From a virus: a stretch of 64,000 nucleotides of DNA. Below, in pieces: positions 26,905-36,765 of this stretch (the stretch's first letter is position 1; each line of letters starts with the position of its first letter). Under the pieces are notes generated by a model that saw only the letters and a program-made list of their open reading frames with translations, made no database searches and had not been told where the DNA came from. Made by a program: the position numbers and the translations under genes. The stretch is from IMG/VR virus record IMGVR_UViG_3300028586_000750. The stretch is one strand, 5' to 3'.

Positions 26905-26970
26905 ACTTTAATACCCTTAAATAAGTGAAGCCCCAACCTAAGTAGGTTGGGGCTTCACTTATTTTTATTA

Positions 26971-27234
26971 TTAGGCTGAAACGAGAGCAAGCTTCTCGCG
27001 GTTAGCGGCCTGCACGCCAGCCGCATCTGTAATCCAGTTGGCATTCGCGTTGGCTTCGGTCAAGGCGTTCACATAGTCAGCGAAGTCAGCCTCGAAATCG
27101 GTAACATTGCCGTTCATCACATCCACAAGAAGGACACCAGCGAAGCGCTCATAAATGTCGTATCCGGCACCATCAAGGTGGCAGACAACATCATAGGCGG
27201 CCTTGAGACGTTCGTTCTGGTTCAACTTAGACAT
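26971..27234 (-). CDS. Hypothetical protein
   Basis: RBS AAAGGA; ends at a terminator. Confidence 0.7.
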   Translation of the reverse strand: MSKLNQNERLKAAYDVVCHLDGAGYDIYERFAGVLLVDVMNGNVTDFEADFADYVNALTEANANANWITDAAGVQAANREKLALVSA

Positions 27235-27310
27235 TGGTAATCCTTTGGTTAGTGTTCCTATAAGCGGTATAGATTAATCATACTCCACACAAAGTGTAAG
27301 TGCAACCAAT

Positions 27311-27676
27311 TTAGTTGAAGTGGCTGTAGATAATTACGCCAGCGGCATCCATTCCTCTAGCTATATCATCAGAAGGCTCAGCGCTAAAGTCAGTATGGAT
27401 TTGGTTAATAATCTTACGCATGTCTGCATCAGAAGACATTTGGTTTAACTGTTCTCCATAGTTTTTCATGACATGAAGAACGCCTGCTACTTTAGAAGTG
27501 ATACGAATTTTGTCGTCAATTGTTGGAGCAGAAGTAGCTTTGTCAAGAAGCTTAGCAACTAATGTGTCAAGTTCGGAATTAATGGCTGTCTTTATTGTTT
27601 CGTGCCAGTTTTTGTGTGTAGCATTGTCAACATTTTCCATATTATTCACGCTTTCTTTATATAGATTATTTTCCAT
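27311..27676 (-). CDS. Hypothetical helical protein
   Basis: Single long ORF; TGATATGAT box upstream. Confidence 0.6.
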   Translation of the reverse strand: MENNLYKESVNNMENVDNATHKNWHETIKTAINSELDTLVAKLLDKATSAPTIDDKIRITSKVAGVLHVMKNYGEQLNQMSSDADMRKIINQIHTDFSAEPSDDIARGMDAAGVIIYSHFN

Positions 27677-27758
27677 CTTATCATATCAATAGTTACAATA
27701 TAAGGCTGTGGGAAAAGACACACTTTACTTATTCAGAATAATTTGATATGATAAGAGT

Positions 27759-28055
27759 ATGACTAACCTACGAAACTTTGATGAGTTGCAGCTAGATGCC
27801 ACAGAGACTAACGCACAGCGTGTAGTTGTTGGCGCATCCTATTCGCCGCTCATTCTACAAGGTGAGCCTGCCCCTTCTGAGCGTCAGGTTGCAGCGGTGC
27901 TCCGTGCTCTAGCTGACCACACTCACAACATGCTTATGACCAGTCCTGACTTCATTGCTCACGGTGAAGACGGCGGCATTGCATCACCACAGTGGAGACA
28001 CGCAATGGCCCTAGGTCGCTATTTCCATTACCTCGCTGACGACCTTACAAAATAA
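27759..28055 (+). CDS. Hypothetical protein
   Basis: Leaderless TGATATGAT-N6-ATG. Confidence 0.7.
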   Translation: MTNLRNFDELQLDATETNAQRVVVGASYSPLILQGEPAPSERQVAAVLRALADHTHNMLMTSPDFIAHGEDGGIASPQWRHAMALGRYFHYLADDLTK

Positions 28056-28056
28056 C

Positions 28057-28110
28057 AACATAAAGGTAACGCCCCACTAGTTAACTCTAGTGGGGCGTTA
28101 CCTTTATGTT
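28057..28110. terminator. CCCCACTAG-variant palindrome
   Basis: 24-bp stem with compensatory change, convergent genes. Confidence 0.85.
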
Positions 28111-28119
28111 TAAGAACGA

Positions 28120-28491
28120 TTAGTCAGGAATAACTACTGTCTCAGGGTCACCTTTTTCATAGTACACAGTTTCTGGTACATCTAAACCGTAACGGTCATC
28201 AAGGTTCTCTAGTTCCCTTTCGCCTCTGGCTGTATATTTGGTTCCATCAACAGTGTACTCATAGATTATAAAAGTACCGTAGTTACCCCTAGAAATTCTA
28301 CTGCGTTCAGTATCAATAGGCGTTCCTTGTGTAGTCTCACCCGTTTCAACAAGCTGTGCATTTTGTCGGTCACGGAACTGGTTATAGAAGAAAGCTGCAA
28401 TGATAACTGCAAGAGCAATAGCCATCCAAATACCAATTATTTTCAAGGACTTCTGTTGACTATTTTTAGAGGGTTCTGCGGCGTGTGTCAT
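28120..28491 (-). CDS. DUF3592-like membrane protein
   Basis: N-terminal TM; G.TT.G..., IIYEYTVDGTKY, V.YEKGDPE. Confidence 0.55.
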   Translation of the reverse strand: MTHAAEPSKNSQQKSLKIIGIWMAIALAVIIAAFFYNQFRDRQNAQLVETGETTQGTPIDTERSRISRGNYGTFIIYEYTVDGTKYTARGERELENLDDRYGLDVPETVYYEKGDPETVVIPD

Positions 28492-28516
28492 AGTTACATT
28501 TCTATCGGGATAAATT

Positions 28517-29218
28517 ATGATAATAGACGATAGTCTAAACATGACTACTATACACTATTTAGATAAAATTTTGGGCAAAACGTTTGATGACCAAGCAGCA
28601 GCTTTTTATGCTAAGGAAGAGAATATTCCTAACCCTGAAAATGGTTTTAACAAAACTGCGTTAATCAATTTTTATCTACTAGGGCAAAAAATTCCTGTTG
28701 TGTATGGTTTTTACGCTTACGGGGCAGAGCTAGTAGAGTCTAAACATATCCGACGTAATTTCAATATGCTTCTAATTATTTTACTTCTGTCTTTATTAGT
28801 TCACCCGGTTTTATTCCTAATCATCTTTAGCTTAACTACGCTCTTGTACTTCGCGCCGGTAGTAACAAAAAGATTAGTTGATGAACAAGTCCAGTTACAT
28901 CTAAACACTGTTGATGAAGAACATCCTGTAATAAAAAACTTCCGTACTTGGGTGCAAGGTCGTTATGGTTTCAACATTAAAGCAAAACAAGTACGTAATT
29001 TATTCTTCACTAATACTGGCAAAGCAGACGGCAAATATTGGTCTTTCAAAAAAGGTGGAAGCCAGATGAATGAGTTTTTCTTAGTTCAAGCAACTCAGGA
29101 AGACATAGATTACTTAGAATTTAGAACACGCCTTGATAAAGGGTATGCGGCAGAGTTTGTTAATGAAGCTCCTGTTGTAAGCAAAAGAACAACTTTTGGT
29201 TACAGAAATACATACTAA
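28517..29218 (+). CDS. Membrane protein, W-x4-(Y/F)G family
   Basis: TM hairpin followed by FRTWVQGRYGF. Confidence 0.65.
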   Translation: MIIDDSLNMTTIHYLDKILGKTFDDQAAAFYAKEENIPNPENGFNKTALINFYLLGQKIPVVYGFYAYGAELVESKHIRRNFNMLLIILLLSLLVHPVLFLIIFSLTTLLYFAPVVTKRLVDEQVQLHLNTVDEEHPVIKNFRTWVQGRYGFNIKAKQVRNLFFTNTGKADGKYWSFKKGGSQMNEFFLVQATQEDIDYLEFRTRLDKGYAAEFVNEAPVVSKRTTFGYRNTY

Positions 29219-29235
29219 CGGTCATGTGAAAAGAC

Positions 29236-29281
29236 AATGAGTGAGGCCCCACCAGTTAATTCTGGTGGGGCCTCACTCATT
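29236..29281. terminator. CCCCACCAG-core palindrome
   Basis: 20-bp stem, TTAATT loop, convergent genes. Confidence 0.85.
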
Positions 29282-29288
29282 ATTATTA

Positions 29289-29486
29289 TTAAGCTGCGTA
29301 GCTGAGTTCCACTTCCGCCCAAAGTGTTGCCTCAGCGCTAATGTCACTGAAAGGGTGGACGGTGATGCTGTCTACCATGTTCTCGTCAGCGTCAAAGATA
29401 TCCCAAACCTGCTCACCATTCTTAGCCCAGTTCGCGTTTTCAGCAGTGAACTCGCGGCCTTCTGCGGTGAAGTAATAAACGTCCAT
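29289..29486 (-). CDS. Small acidic protein
   Basis: Start reassigned to MDVYYF (RBS AGGGAG); TTGACA-N17-TAGAAT upstream. Confidence 0.65.
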   Translation of the reverse strand: MDVYYFTAEGREFTAENANWAKNGEQVWDIFDADENMVDSITVHPFSDISAEATLWAEVELSYAA

Positions 29487-29675
29487 TGTGCTTAACTCCC
29501 TAATCAGTTGATGTGATAGTTCTATTCTACTCCGGTGTACGTTAAGTGTCAACTGTGTTCGCAATTTTTACTTCAACCTGAACGTTTTCTCCTAAATTTT
29601 AAAAAGATGTGACCATTTTGGGGTTACCGGCAGATATATATTTAGACAAACAAATTGCCAAAGGAGGAAGGCGAA

Positions 29676-30242
29676 ATGAATGCACAACCAAAAACTGATG
29701 TAATCAAAGTAATTTACAATGAAGGTGAAGAAAAGCCTTGGGCTTTAGATTATGAAGACGTGAGCGCAATCAAAACTGCTCGTGCTGCATTAAACTATCC
29801 TGCTCAGAAGTTCGAAACAGAAGAAAAAGCTGTTGAAGTAGCTGAAATGCTTCGTGATATTATTAAAGCTGATGCTGTAGTAATTCCAAGTGAAGACGAA
29901 GTGCTAGATGATGTAGAAAAAGCTAAGTTCTTCCAGCCTATTAGTTCAGAAGATAAAACAGATGAACTACATGACGGTGGACATAGAGATAACCACGACC
30001 ATGATGACACGAAACGTGAAGATGTAGATTTCTACGCTACTGATGAAGTAGATGAAGACTTAATCCGCGAGTCACAACAAGAAGCTGATATTAAAAATTT
30101 AGATAGTGATGAAATTACTACTAACCCTGGCGAGTCTCAAAGACAAGCTGAAAGGGAAATGGGAATAGACACCCCTTACACCGAGGCTGACAAAGCCCAA
30201 GGGCGTACTAGACCAGTAATTACACCACCGCCAACGATTTAA
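29676..30242 (+). CDS. Acidic, partly disordered protein
   Basis: RBS AAGGAGG; D/E/H-rich centre; terminator follows. Confidence 0.7.
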   Translation: MNAQPKTDVIKVIYNEGEEKPWALDYEDVSAIKTARAALNYPAQKFETEEKAVEVAEMLRDIIKADAVVIPSEDEVLDDVEKAKFFQPISSEDKTDELHDGGHRDNHDHDDTKREDVDFYATDEVDEDLIRESQQEADIKNLDSDEITTNPGESQRQAEREMGIDTPYTEADKAQGRTRPVITPPPTI

Positions 30243-30352
30243 CCAAATAGGCCAGACACTGATTAGTGTCTGGCCTATTTTTATGTTGATTTTCTGTCAA
30301 AGAAATGCTAGACTAACATTATCTATCTATTGTTAAGCAGAGAGCACAAATT

Positions 30353-30865
30353 TTGAAGAAGAGACTTATCCCAACCATAGCCATTGCTATCGCTGCAATC
30401 GCTGTACTTGCTGGTTGTAGTGGACCAGGCGAAAGCAATGCTACTACTCTTGAACCGCGAGACTCTGTTGTCTACGTAGAATACAGTGACGGCATTAAAG
30501 CCAACTGCGCCGCTTATGATTTAATGCGCTGTACTTGGCGTAAAACAGATGGCTTTGATTATGCCAAAGCAGTAAAAATGGTTAACGTTGACCCCGGCGA
30601 AAGAGCATCCTCAGAAGAAACAGAAGCTTACGATAAAGTAAAAAAGGATGACCCTGACAGTCTTATCAGCGTTAAAGTATCATCAACAAGCAGCGTGGAT
30701 TCTTTCTACCCTTCTAAAACTGTTAATCCTGATAACAGCATTTCTTATTGCGTAAGCTACGGTGGTTCATATGCATCTTGCACCCATGTATTCTCCGATG
30801 ATGAAGTAACCATTCTACCAAGCGACAACGACGATAAGGATAGCACGGAACCAAACTCATGGTAA
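30353..30865 (+). CDS. Lipoprotein, paired-Cys family
   Basis: LAG|C lipobox; DGIKANC..RCTW and SISYC..SC. Confidence 0.75.
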   Translation: MKKRLIPTIAIAIAAIAVLAGCSGPGESNATTLEPRDSVVYVEYSDGIKANCAAYDLMRCTWRKTDGFDYAKAVKMVNVDPGERASSEETEAYDKVKKDDPDSLISVKVSSTSSVDSFYPSKTVNPDNSISYCVSYGGSYASCTHVFSDDEVTILPSDNDDKDSTEPNSW

Positions 30866-31374
30866 AAAAGTTTGTTATCTTTGCCCTCATTGGTATTCTC
30901 GGTTTCTTCCTCGCTGCTTGTTCCTCCGCAGAAGATGAACAATATGGAGAACAGACATTTGATAGTCCAGAAGAGCAAGCTGAATATGAAGCAGAAATGG
31001 AAGAATGGGACAACGTTTATGTTGGTTCGGTAAATTTCAATGACGGCATTAACGCTAACTGCAACTCATATGAAGCTAACTTCCGTTGCACTTGGACAAA
31101 AGAGGACAACTACACTTACGAAAATGCGATGATTGACTTTGTTCCCGACAAAGCTTTCCCACAGACCGTAAGAAAAGACATTGGAAAGTCCTCTTTCACT
31201 TACCCTGATGAAGAGGAAGATTACATCAAGTACAAAAAGGTTCTTCTTGAAGACAACACAATCACGTACTGTGCTTACCGTAACTTCTATCCCGAACGTT
31301 TTGATTGTGTAGTAATTTACCCTTCTGGTGACGATGTTGAAGTTGTAAAGAAAGAAGAAAATCACAATTGGTAA
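30859..31374 (+). CDS. Lipoprotein, paired-Cys family
   Basis: LAA|C lipobox; DGINANC..RCTW and TITYC..DC. Confidence 0.75.
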   Translation: MVKKFVIFALIGILGFFLAACSSAEDEQYGEQTFDSPEEQAEYEAEMEEWDNVYVGSVNFNDGINANCNSYEANFRCTWTKEDNYTYENAMIDFVPDKAFPQTVRKDIGKSSFTYPDEEEDYIKYKKVLLEDNTITYCAYRNFYPERFDCVVIYPSGDDVEVVKKEENHNW

Positions 31375-31467
31375 TTAAGTAAGTTAACTTATTTACAATG
31401 ACACTTAATCATGCTATGGTGAAGTGTTTAAGCAAAACATTACTAACCCTATTAAGGACAAAATATT

Positions 31468-31653
31468 ATGTTGACTATGACTTCTATGTTTGACGAAAAC
31501 GGCAAGGCGAAGTTCAAGGAAGCTGCTGCTGCATTCCGCAGTGTGATGGGGAAGCCTGGTGACGTGATTAACAGGGCTGTTCTTGTTAAGCCTAAAGCTG
31601 CTGTTCTCGCTTTGGCTCGCACTCGCCCTATCGTTTATAACGAGTGGGACTAA
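31468..31653 (+). CDS. Hypothetical protein
   Basis: RBS AAGGA; terminator follows. Confidence 0.6.
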   Translation: MLTMTSMFDENGKAKFKEAAAAFRSVMGKPGDVINRAVLVKPKAAVLALARTRPIVYNEWD

Positions 31654-31765
31654 CCTAAAAGGGAGAGAAAGTCGGTTAACTTTCTCTCCCTTTTAGGTTG
31701 TAATAACCAAGCGTTTCCCCTATACTTGAGGTAACTTAAAACAACCCACCACAAGAAAGAAACTC

Positions 31766-31945
31766 ATGCGTATTCAGACTGTCCTCATCGTTGCTCTGTT
31801 CGTTGTCATCGTTTTCAACCATGATGGTATTAGTGAGGCAATCACAATGCTTCTTAACGTGGGTCTGGTATTCCTTATTGGTATGGGCGTCCGAGCGATT
31901 GTAAACAAGGTTCGCGGTAAGGGTAAGCCTGCCGCACGTAAGTAG
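31766..31945 (+). CDS. 59-aa two-TM protein with basic tail (holin-like topology only)
   Basis: Hand-translated MRIQTVLIVALFVVIVFNHDGISEAITMLLNVGLVFLIGMGVRAIVNKVRGKGKPAARK. Confidence 0.55.
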   Translation: MRIQTVLIVALFVVIVFNHDGISEAITMLLNVGLVFLIGMGVRAIVNKVRGKGKPAARK

Positions 31946-32060
31946 GCAATGGGAAAAGACAAGGTGTGTCAAAAGAATTTCAACTTTCTTTTGACACACC
32001 TTGTCTTTTGTGGTTTAATGGTTTTAGAGAGATACAAACCCTTTAGAGAGAGAAACGAAA

Positions 32061-32486
32061 ATGACCACCCAGTACCCCGTCCTGACCTACGGAACCCTTC
32101 GCCCCGGCAACCACAACTACGTGCTGCTTGACGGCTACACCACCTACGAGGCGGACGTCGACGTTGAGGGCTTCAACATGTACGTCTTCTCGGGATACCC
32201 TTACGTCATTGACGGTGAGGACACCATCAAGGCGACCCTTAACTTTGTTCACGCTGACGTGTACGACGACGTGATGTACGACCTTGACATGCTTGAGGGC
32301 TTCCTTGGAGAGGGTAACCCCTTCAACCACTACGACCGCATTCTTGTAGACGTGGACTTCGCTGACACGACCATCAAGGCGTGGATGTACGTTGCACGTG
32401 ACGCAGTTACGGTTGCCCGCGTGAAGGACCAGCTTCGTTACTGGCCTTTTGGTGACTGGAACCTTTACAAGTCGGTTCTTGTCTAA
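32061..32486 (+). CDS. Gamma-glutamylcyclotransferase (GGCT/AIG2-like)
   Basis: YGTLRPGNHNY, YPYV, LDMLEG, YDRI, AWMY. Confidence 0.9.
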   Translation: MTTQYPVLTYGTLRPGNHNYVLLDGYTTYEADVDVEGFNMYVFSGYPYVIDGEDTIKATLNFVHADVYDDVMYDLDMLEGFLGEGNPFNHYDRILVDVDFADTTIKAWMYVARDAVTVARVKDQLRYWPFGDWNLYKSVLV

Positions 32487-32573
32487 CAAGCCAAAATAAA
32501 GAGGGTGTCACCTAATTAGGTGACACCCTCTTTTGTATATTGACGATAGTTTAATATGTAGAAGGATTAAATT

Positions 32574-32705
32574 ATGAGCAAAATAATTATCATATCAAGC
32601 ATTGCAGCGATTACTTCGGCAACTGTTGCAACGTTTGTTTGGCTAATGTATAAAGAGAACACAGAATGGGACTTGTGGACAACTGAATTCTCCACAACTA
32701 CCTAA
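32574..32705 (+). CDS. 43-aa single-TM peptide
   Basis: Hand-translated MSKIIIISSIAAITSATVATFVWLMYKENTEWDLWTTEFSTTT; RBS AAGGA. Confidence 0.5.
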   Translation: MSKIIIISSIAAITSATVATFVWLMYKENTEWDLWTTEFSTTT

Positions 32706-32728
32706 TATTTAGGCGATAGATACATATT

Positions 32729-33061
32729 ATGAATAACATGGCTAAAGAAGCCTTTCCAAATGGTTACGCTGCTTTTCCCACTAAACCTGATGCTGTTCAA
32801 GCAGAAGCAGTTGAAGAGCAGAAAAGACACGCTACTTCTAACACCGATTTGTCTGGATTAGGCGATATCGCGTATGTAGCTACGGATAGTCTACTTTCCA
32901 GACAGTCCACATCAGAAAGCATTTTGGCTATAACAGAGAACAATCCTGTTTCCGATTTCCTTGAAGGAACAGGTGAACTTTTTGGAAATGCTATTGATGG
33001 TATAGGTGATATTGCTGGAAGTGTTGTTGAAGGTTTAGGCAGCTTGTTCGACGGTTTCTAA
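32729..33061 (+). CDS. Hypothetical protein
   Basis: Amphipathic G-rich C-terminus; ends inside the palindrome. Confidence 0.6.
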   Translation: MNNMAKEAFPNGYAAFPTKPDAVQAEAVEEQKRHATSNTDLSGLGDIAYVATDSLLSRQSTSESILAITENNPVSDFLEGTGELFGNAIDGIGDIAGSVVEGLGSLFDGF

Positions 33062-33110
33062 AAGACTAATGGCCCCACCAGAATTAACTGGTGGGGCCAT
33101 TAGTCTTTTA
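33059..33110. terminator. CCCCACCAG-core palindrome
   Basis: 23-bp stem, AATTAA loop, convergent genes. Confidence 0.85.
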
Positions 33111-33113
33111 GTG

Positions 33114-33296
33114 TTACTCGATTACGAAGCGGTCAGGTTCCTGAGGCACTGGAACGCCAGTTGCCTCAGCGATACGTGCATTAGCCTCAGCGATACGTGC
33201 CTCAGCACCAGCACGAGTTGCCTTGTACTTAGCACGGAAAATCATGTAAACGTAGTAAGCCACGATGATAATAGCTAGGAAGGTCCAGAAGTTCAT
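33114..33296 (-). CDS. Small single-TM protein with ARIAEA tandem duplication
   Basis: N-terminal TM; 21-bp tandem repeat encoding EARIAEA/NARIAEA. Confidence 0.65.
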   Translation of the reverse strand: MNFWTFLAIIIVAYYVYMIFRAKYKATRAGAEARIAEANARIAEATGVPVPQEPDRFVIE

Positions 33297-33644
33297 TATT
33301 ACTTTCTTTTTGGCGGATAAGTTATGTGTTTATTCTAGCAGGATAAGCTAGTTCTGTCTACTCGTTTCAACTAGAAAATAAACGTTTACCTATTTGGTAA
33401 TAATTGTATAGTTGCATTAGACAAAACTCTGTTGCTCATAAACTGCCAAAGTTTTTAATAGCATTTTTAAAATTTAGGTTGGCGCCAACATCGCCAACCG
33501 CCAACTTGTGTTGAATAAGAATATGAATAAACATTTGGTAACGGGAAAAGACATTATTTAAATTATTCTCAAAAAGGTGTTGTTAATGTCGGTGCTAGTT
33601 GATAGAATAAGAGTATATCTTCTGCATCCCTACTTTGAAAGGTT

Positions 33645-33917
33645 ATGACAATGGCTGCACCACTTACTCTTCACCGTGAAGTTATGGTTGATGAGACAAC
33701 CGGCTACAAGGTTGTGGACCACAAAGAAAACACTGTTGGGTTCCTTGTGGCTAAGGAAAAGAAGAACAAGCGAGCTTGGGGCTTTGTTTTCGTTTCCGGT
33801 GAGCTAGAGCGTAAGCCTAACATCTACCGTTACGACAACAAGAAGGAAGCTCTTGAAGCTCTAGTCTTTGCTCGTTTCACTAAGACTTCTACTGGACCTA
33901 TCAAAATCGTCAAGTAA
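33645..33917 (+). CDS. Hypothetical basic protein
   Basis: RBS GAAAGG; terminator follows. Confidence 0.65.
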   Translation: MTMAAPLTLHREVMVDETTGYKVVDHKENTVGFLVAKEKKNKRAWGFVFVSGELERKPNIYRYDNKKEALEALVFARFTKTSTGPIKIVK

Positions 33918-34039
33918 TTCAGATGTTCCTAAGTAAACACTCAGTAATTCTATGTAATTACTGAGTGTTTACTTATAGTTACCTGTTTTAATCACTTTTT
34001 TCTGTAACTGGCGGATATTAGTATCACGTCATTACAAAA

Positions 34040-34342
34040 TTGGAGGACAGAGTAATGGACAAAGTAACACGTTATATTCATGTAACAAAAACAAATGTAG
34101 ATGAAGCTCAACCTTGGGGTTTAATTTTCAAGGGTGAAGACTTCCGAGAAATATCTTCGCTTGAAGAAGAAGATATGTTCCGCTTTCAGACAGGGCATCA
34201 AGCTCTCATGCTAGCTCTACGTCTACAAAACATGACCCCAGAAGCATCAATTGTGGTTGACCCTGAACTTGATTTAGGAATGGACCGCGAACCTGATGAA
34301 GAAGAACTACGAGAAATAGAAAGAGAACTCGTAGAAGCTTAA
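34040..34342 (+). CDS. Hypothetical acidic protein
   Basis: RBS GGAGG before the internal ATG. Confidence 0.6.
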   Translation: MEDRVMDKVTRYIHVTKTNVDEAQPWGLIFKGEDFREISSLEEEDMFRFQTGHQALMLALRLQNMTPEASIVVDPELDLGMDREPDEEELREIERELVEA

Positions 34343-34492
34343 CTAAACACTCTCCCCGTAAAACAGTTATAAATTTTCTTCCTTAAAGTGGTGCCCCTCA
34401 GATTAGTTTCTGAGGGGCACCACTTGCTTTTCATCCATAATACTGATACGATAAAATCAATAATTCATTCACTTTAAAGAAAGAAAACAACA

Positions 34493-34840
34493 ATGAGCTT
34501 TGTTAGCATGACCATCAATGGAAAGCGTATTAACGTTCCTGGCCGCAATCTCACCATTAACGGAGATAAGATTATCGTTGACGGTAAGCAGGTTGACCTT
34601 GACGGTTTCGGTAATGACAAGGTTTTCAACATCGTAGTTGAAGGCAACGTAGACAAGGTTGATGGTGATTTCGCATCAATTGAGGTTGTCGGTGACGCTG
34701 GTTCTGTCAAAACTATGTCTGGCGATGCAACCGTTCGTGGTGATGTTACTGGTTCGGTTTCTACCATGTCCGGCGATGTACGCGTAAAGGGTGCCATTGG
34801 TGGAAATGTTTCCACCATGTCTGGCGACATCAAGAAGTAA
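34493..34840 (+). CDS. Beta-helix/DUF4097-like repeat protein
   Basis: Three V(S/K)TMSGD repeats and G/D/V-rich coils. Confidence 0.65.
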   Translation: MSFVSMTINGKRINVPGRNLTINGDKIIVDGKQVDLDGFGNDKVFNIVVEGNVDKVDGDFASIEVVGDAGSVKTMSGDATVRGDVTGSVSTMSGDVRVKGAIGGNVSTMSGDIKK

Positions 34841-34941
34841 CCCATCTAATAGGGAAGCGGTAAAACTACATTTAGTCTTACCGCTTCCCTATTTTTATTT
34901 TGGTGTTGACGCTTTGCGTTTTATTGTGTTATCCTAAATTC

Positions 34942-35289
34942 ATGACTACATTCGTGATTGATGACCTTCGCAACTTCCGTGACGACCGCCCTGCTGTGGT
35001 GGCTCGCACCAGTGCGGATGCTCTGGCGTACCTTGAGGCGAACCAGGATGCGCATTTCACGGACATTTGGTTTGACCATGACCTTGGTGAGCCAAACGGT
35101 GAGTTGGACACGACAATGCCTGTAGTGAACTACCTCAGTGAGCGCGCTTTCTACGACAACCCTGTAAACGTGGACACTGTGTATGTTCACACGTCCAACC
35201 CTGTTGGTGCGCGTCAGATTGTCGCTAGCTTGGAGCGTTTCGGTTACAACGTCAAGAAGGTTCCCGCAGAGGTTTACTTCATCGTCTAA
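34942..35289 (+). CDS. Cyclic-phosphate-processing receiver-domain protein
   Basis: FVIDDLR...WFDHDLG...VHTSNPVGARQI. Confidence 0.8.
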   Translation: MTTFVIDDLRNFRDDRPAVVARTSADALAYLEANQDAHFTDIWFDHDLGEPNGELDTTMPVVNYLSERAFYDNPVNVDTVYVHTSNPVGARQIVASLERFGYNVKKVPAEVYFIV

Positions 35290-35304
35290 CACCTTTGGTA
35301 AAAG

Positions 35305-35352
35305 ACATAGTTAAGGCCCCACCAGTTAATTCTGGTGGGGCCTTAACTATGT
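35305..35352. terminator. CCCCACCAG-core palindrome
   Basis: 21-bp stem, TTAATT loop, convergent genes. Confidence 0.85.
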
Positions 35353-35360
35353 GATTAGGT

Positions 35361-35753
35361 TTATCCGTAAATGTAGGACTTTCCGTAAGTCATAGGGTAG
35401 TCGCTGAGAAGGTCATAACCGTCTACGATGCCCACGATACGCGCTGTGCTGGTCCTGACAGCCTCTTCACCCACATCCTCACCACCGTCTGCCTCAACGG
35501 CTCCTAGAGGCTCTACAACGTACACATAGGCGCAAGGGTCTTCCTCAATTTCTTCGTCTTCAGCAACCATGCAAGCAGTTCTAGCCCACATGTACGCTTC
35601 ACAGATAGCTGTATCATTATCTGCACCAAACTCATCAGTTGTCATATAGACGTGAGCACTACGGCCATAGTTAGCGGACACGCTAAGAACTTCACCGGGA
35701 ACAAGAATATCCCCAATTTCAAGGTCAGCGTTTGTGCCGTGGTAAAAAGTCAT
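35361..35753 (-). CDS. Arr-like (rifampin ADP-ribosyltransferase fold) protein
   Basis: FYHGTNADLEIGDILVPG..S.NY...HVYMT, YVYVVEPLG.VE.D. Confidence 0.8.
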   Translation of the reverse strand: MTFYHGTNADLEIGDILVPGEVLSVSANYGRSAHVYMTTDEFGADNDTAICEAYMWARTACMVAEDEEIEEDPCAYVYVVEPLGAVEADGGEDVGEEAVRTSTARIVGIVDGYDLLSDYPMTYGKSYIYG

Positions 35754-35818
35754 AATTTTTCCTGTCGTCACCTAATAATTTATCACACCAAATGCAGCTT
35801 GTCTAACCTACCGCTGTT

Positions 35819-36637
35819 TTAGCTCAAAACAATATAGTTAGCTTGCTTACGGTTTTGGATTTTAAGGTACTTCATTCGGTGGTAACCGTCCATAAGCTTA
35901 TAGGTGTCACCAGTTTTAACAAGTATTCCAGCTATACCAGGTTTGTTGTCATAGCTCTGAGGAATTCTTGCTTCTACTTCGTTTAGGCGAGAAGCGCCGC
36001 GCACAATAATCTTATCTAACTTAACTGTTTTCTGTTCAACATGGGTGGCGGTATATAACGCACGATTACGGTGAGCACCTTGTTTAAAAATAAGTTCGTT
36101 TTCTTCATCAAGCTGACGTTTGATTGCTTGAAGCGGGGTTAAACCTTGCGTTTCTGTACCCTTACTTCGGACGTATTCCAAAATACCTTGGGTGTCTACA
36201 GCGTTAGGTTGTTTCCAATACCATTCTTGCACTTTGGACAGCATATTTGCTGTTGCATTATTTGCTGCATCAAGTTTCAACGCATTCTTGCTATTTTGGA
36301 CTAAGTTTTTAAGCTCATCAGGGAGACTATGAGTTTCATCTTTACCTAGCATGTAAAGAATTGCGTTTTCAGTAGTAGGTTGTTCAGACGAAGACAAATA
36401 TGTTGTTAACGAGTGTTCTGTTGGCTCGCTATATTCTGATGGGGTCAAGATTATTGAAGGTTTTGTTATGCCTTCAATAAGGTCGCTCTTTGGAGTAAGC
36501 GCCTTTTTCACAACACCTGTGGCTGCTTCTTGACCAGAATTATAATGAGTACCGTATTGACAATCTTTTTCATTTGCATTGCATAGTGCAGGTTTGTTTA
36601 GCCTAGTTGAGAAGTGGTAACGCGCCTGATTAGTCAT
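35819..36637 (-). CDS. Protein with C-terminal ParB/Srx-like domain
   Basis: GILVK.GD.YKLMDGYHR near the C-terminus; N-terminal H-x8-C-x5-C-x4-H motif. Confidence 0.55.
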   Translation of the reverse strand: MTNQARYHFSTRLNKPALCNANEKDCQYGTHYNSGQEAATGVVKKALTPKSDLIEGITKPSIILTPSEYSEPTEHSLTTYLSSSEQPTTENAILYMLGKDETHSLPDELKNLVQNSKNALKLDAANNATANMLSKVQEWYWKQPNAVDTQGILEYVRSKGTETQGLTPLQAIKRQLDEENELIFKQGAHRNRALYTATHVEQKTVKLDKIIVRGASRLNEVEARIPQSYDNKPGIAGILVKTGDTYKLMDGYHRMKYLKIQNRKQANYIVLS

Positions 36638-36765
36638 AGTTTATTCATAACAGGCCAGACAGAAAACATTTTTGTGTAATTGGTAGCTATTCGGTTGACA
36701 TTGCAGGAAAATCTCTGATAGGCTCTAGTTATTCAAGCAATTTCCCGTCAAAATAAGGATTAACC

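Noticed and set aside
5553-27676. Possible paralogy between 5553..5867 and 27311..27676
   Set aside because: Similarity is limited to generic helical patterns (L.AK..KAT) and cannot be supported by eye.
31766-31945. Holin call for the 59-aa two-TM protein
   Set aside because: Topology fits, but there is no adjacent endolysin and many similar small membrane ORFs occur in the window.
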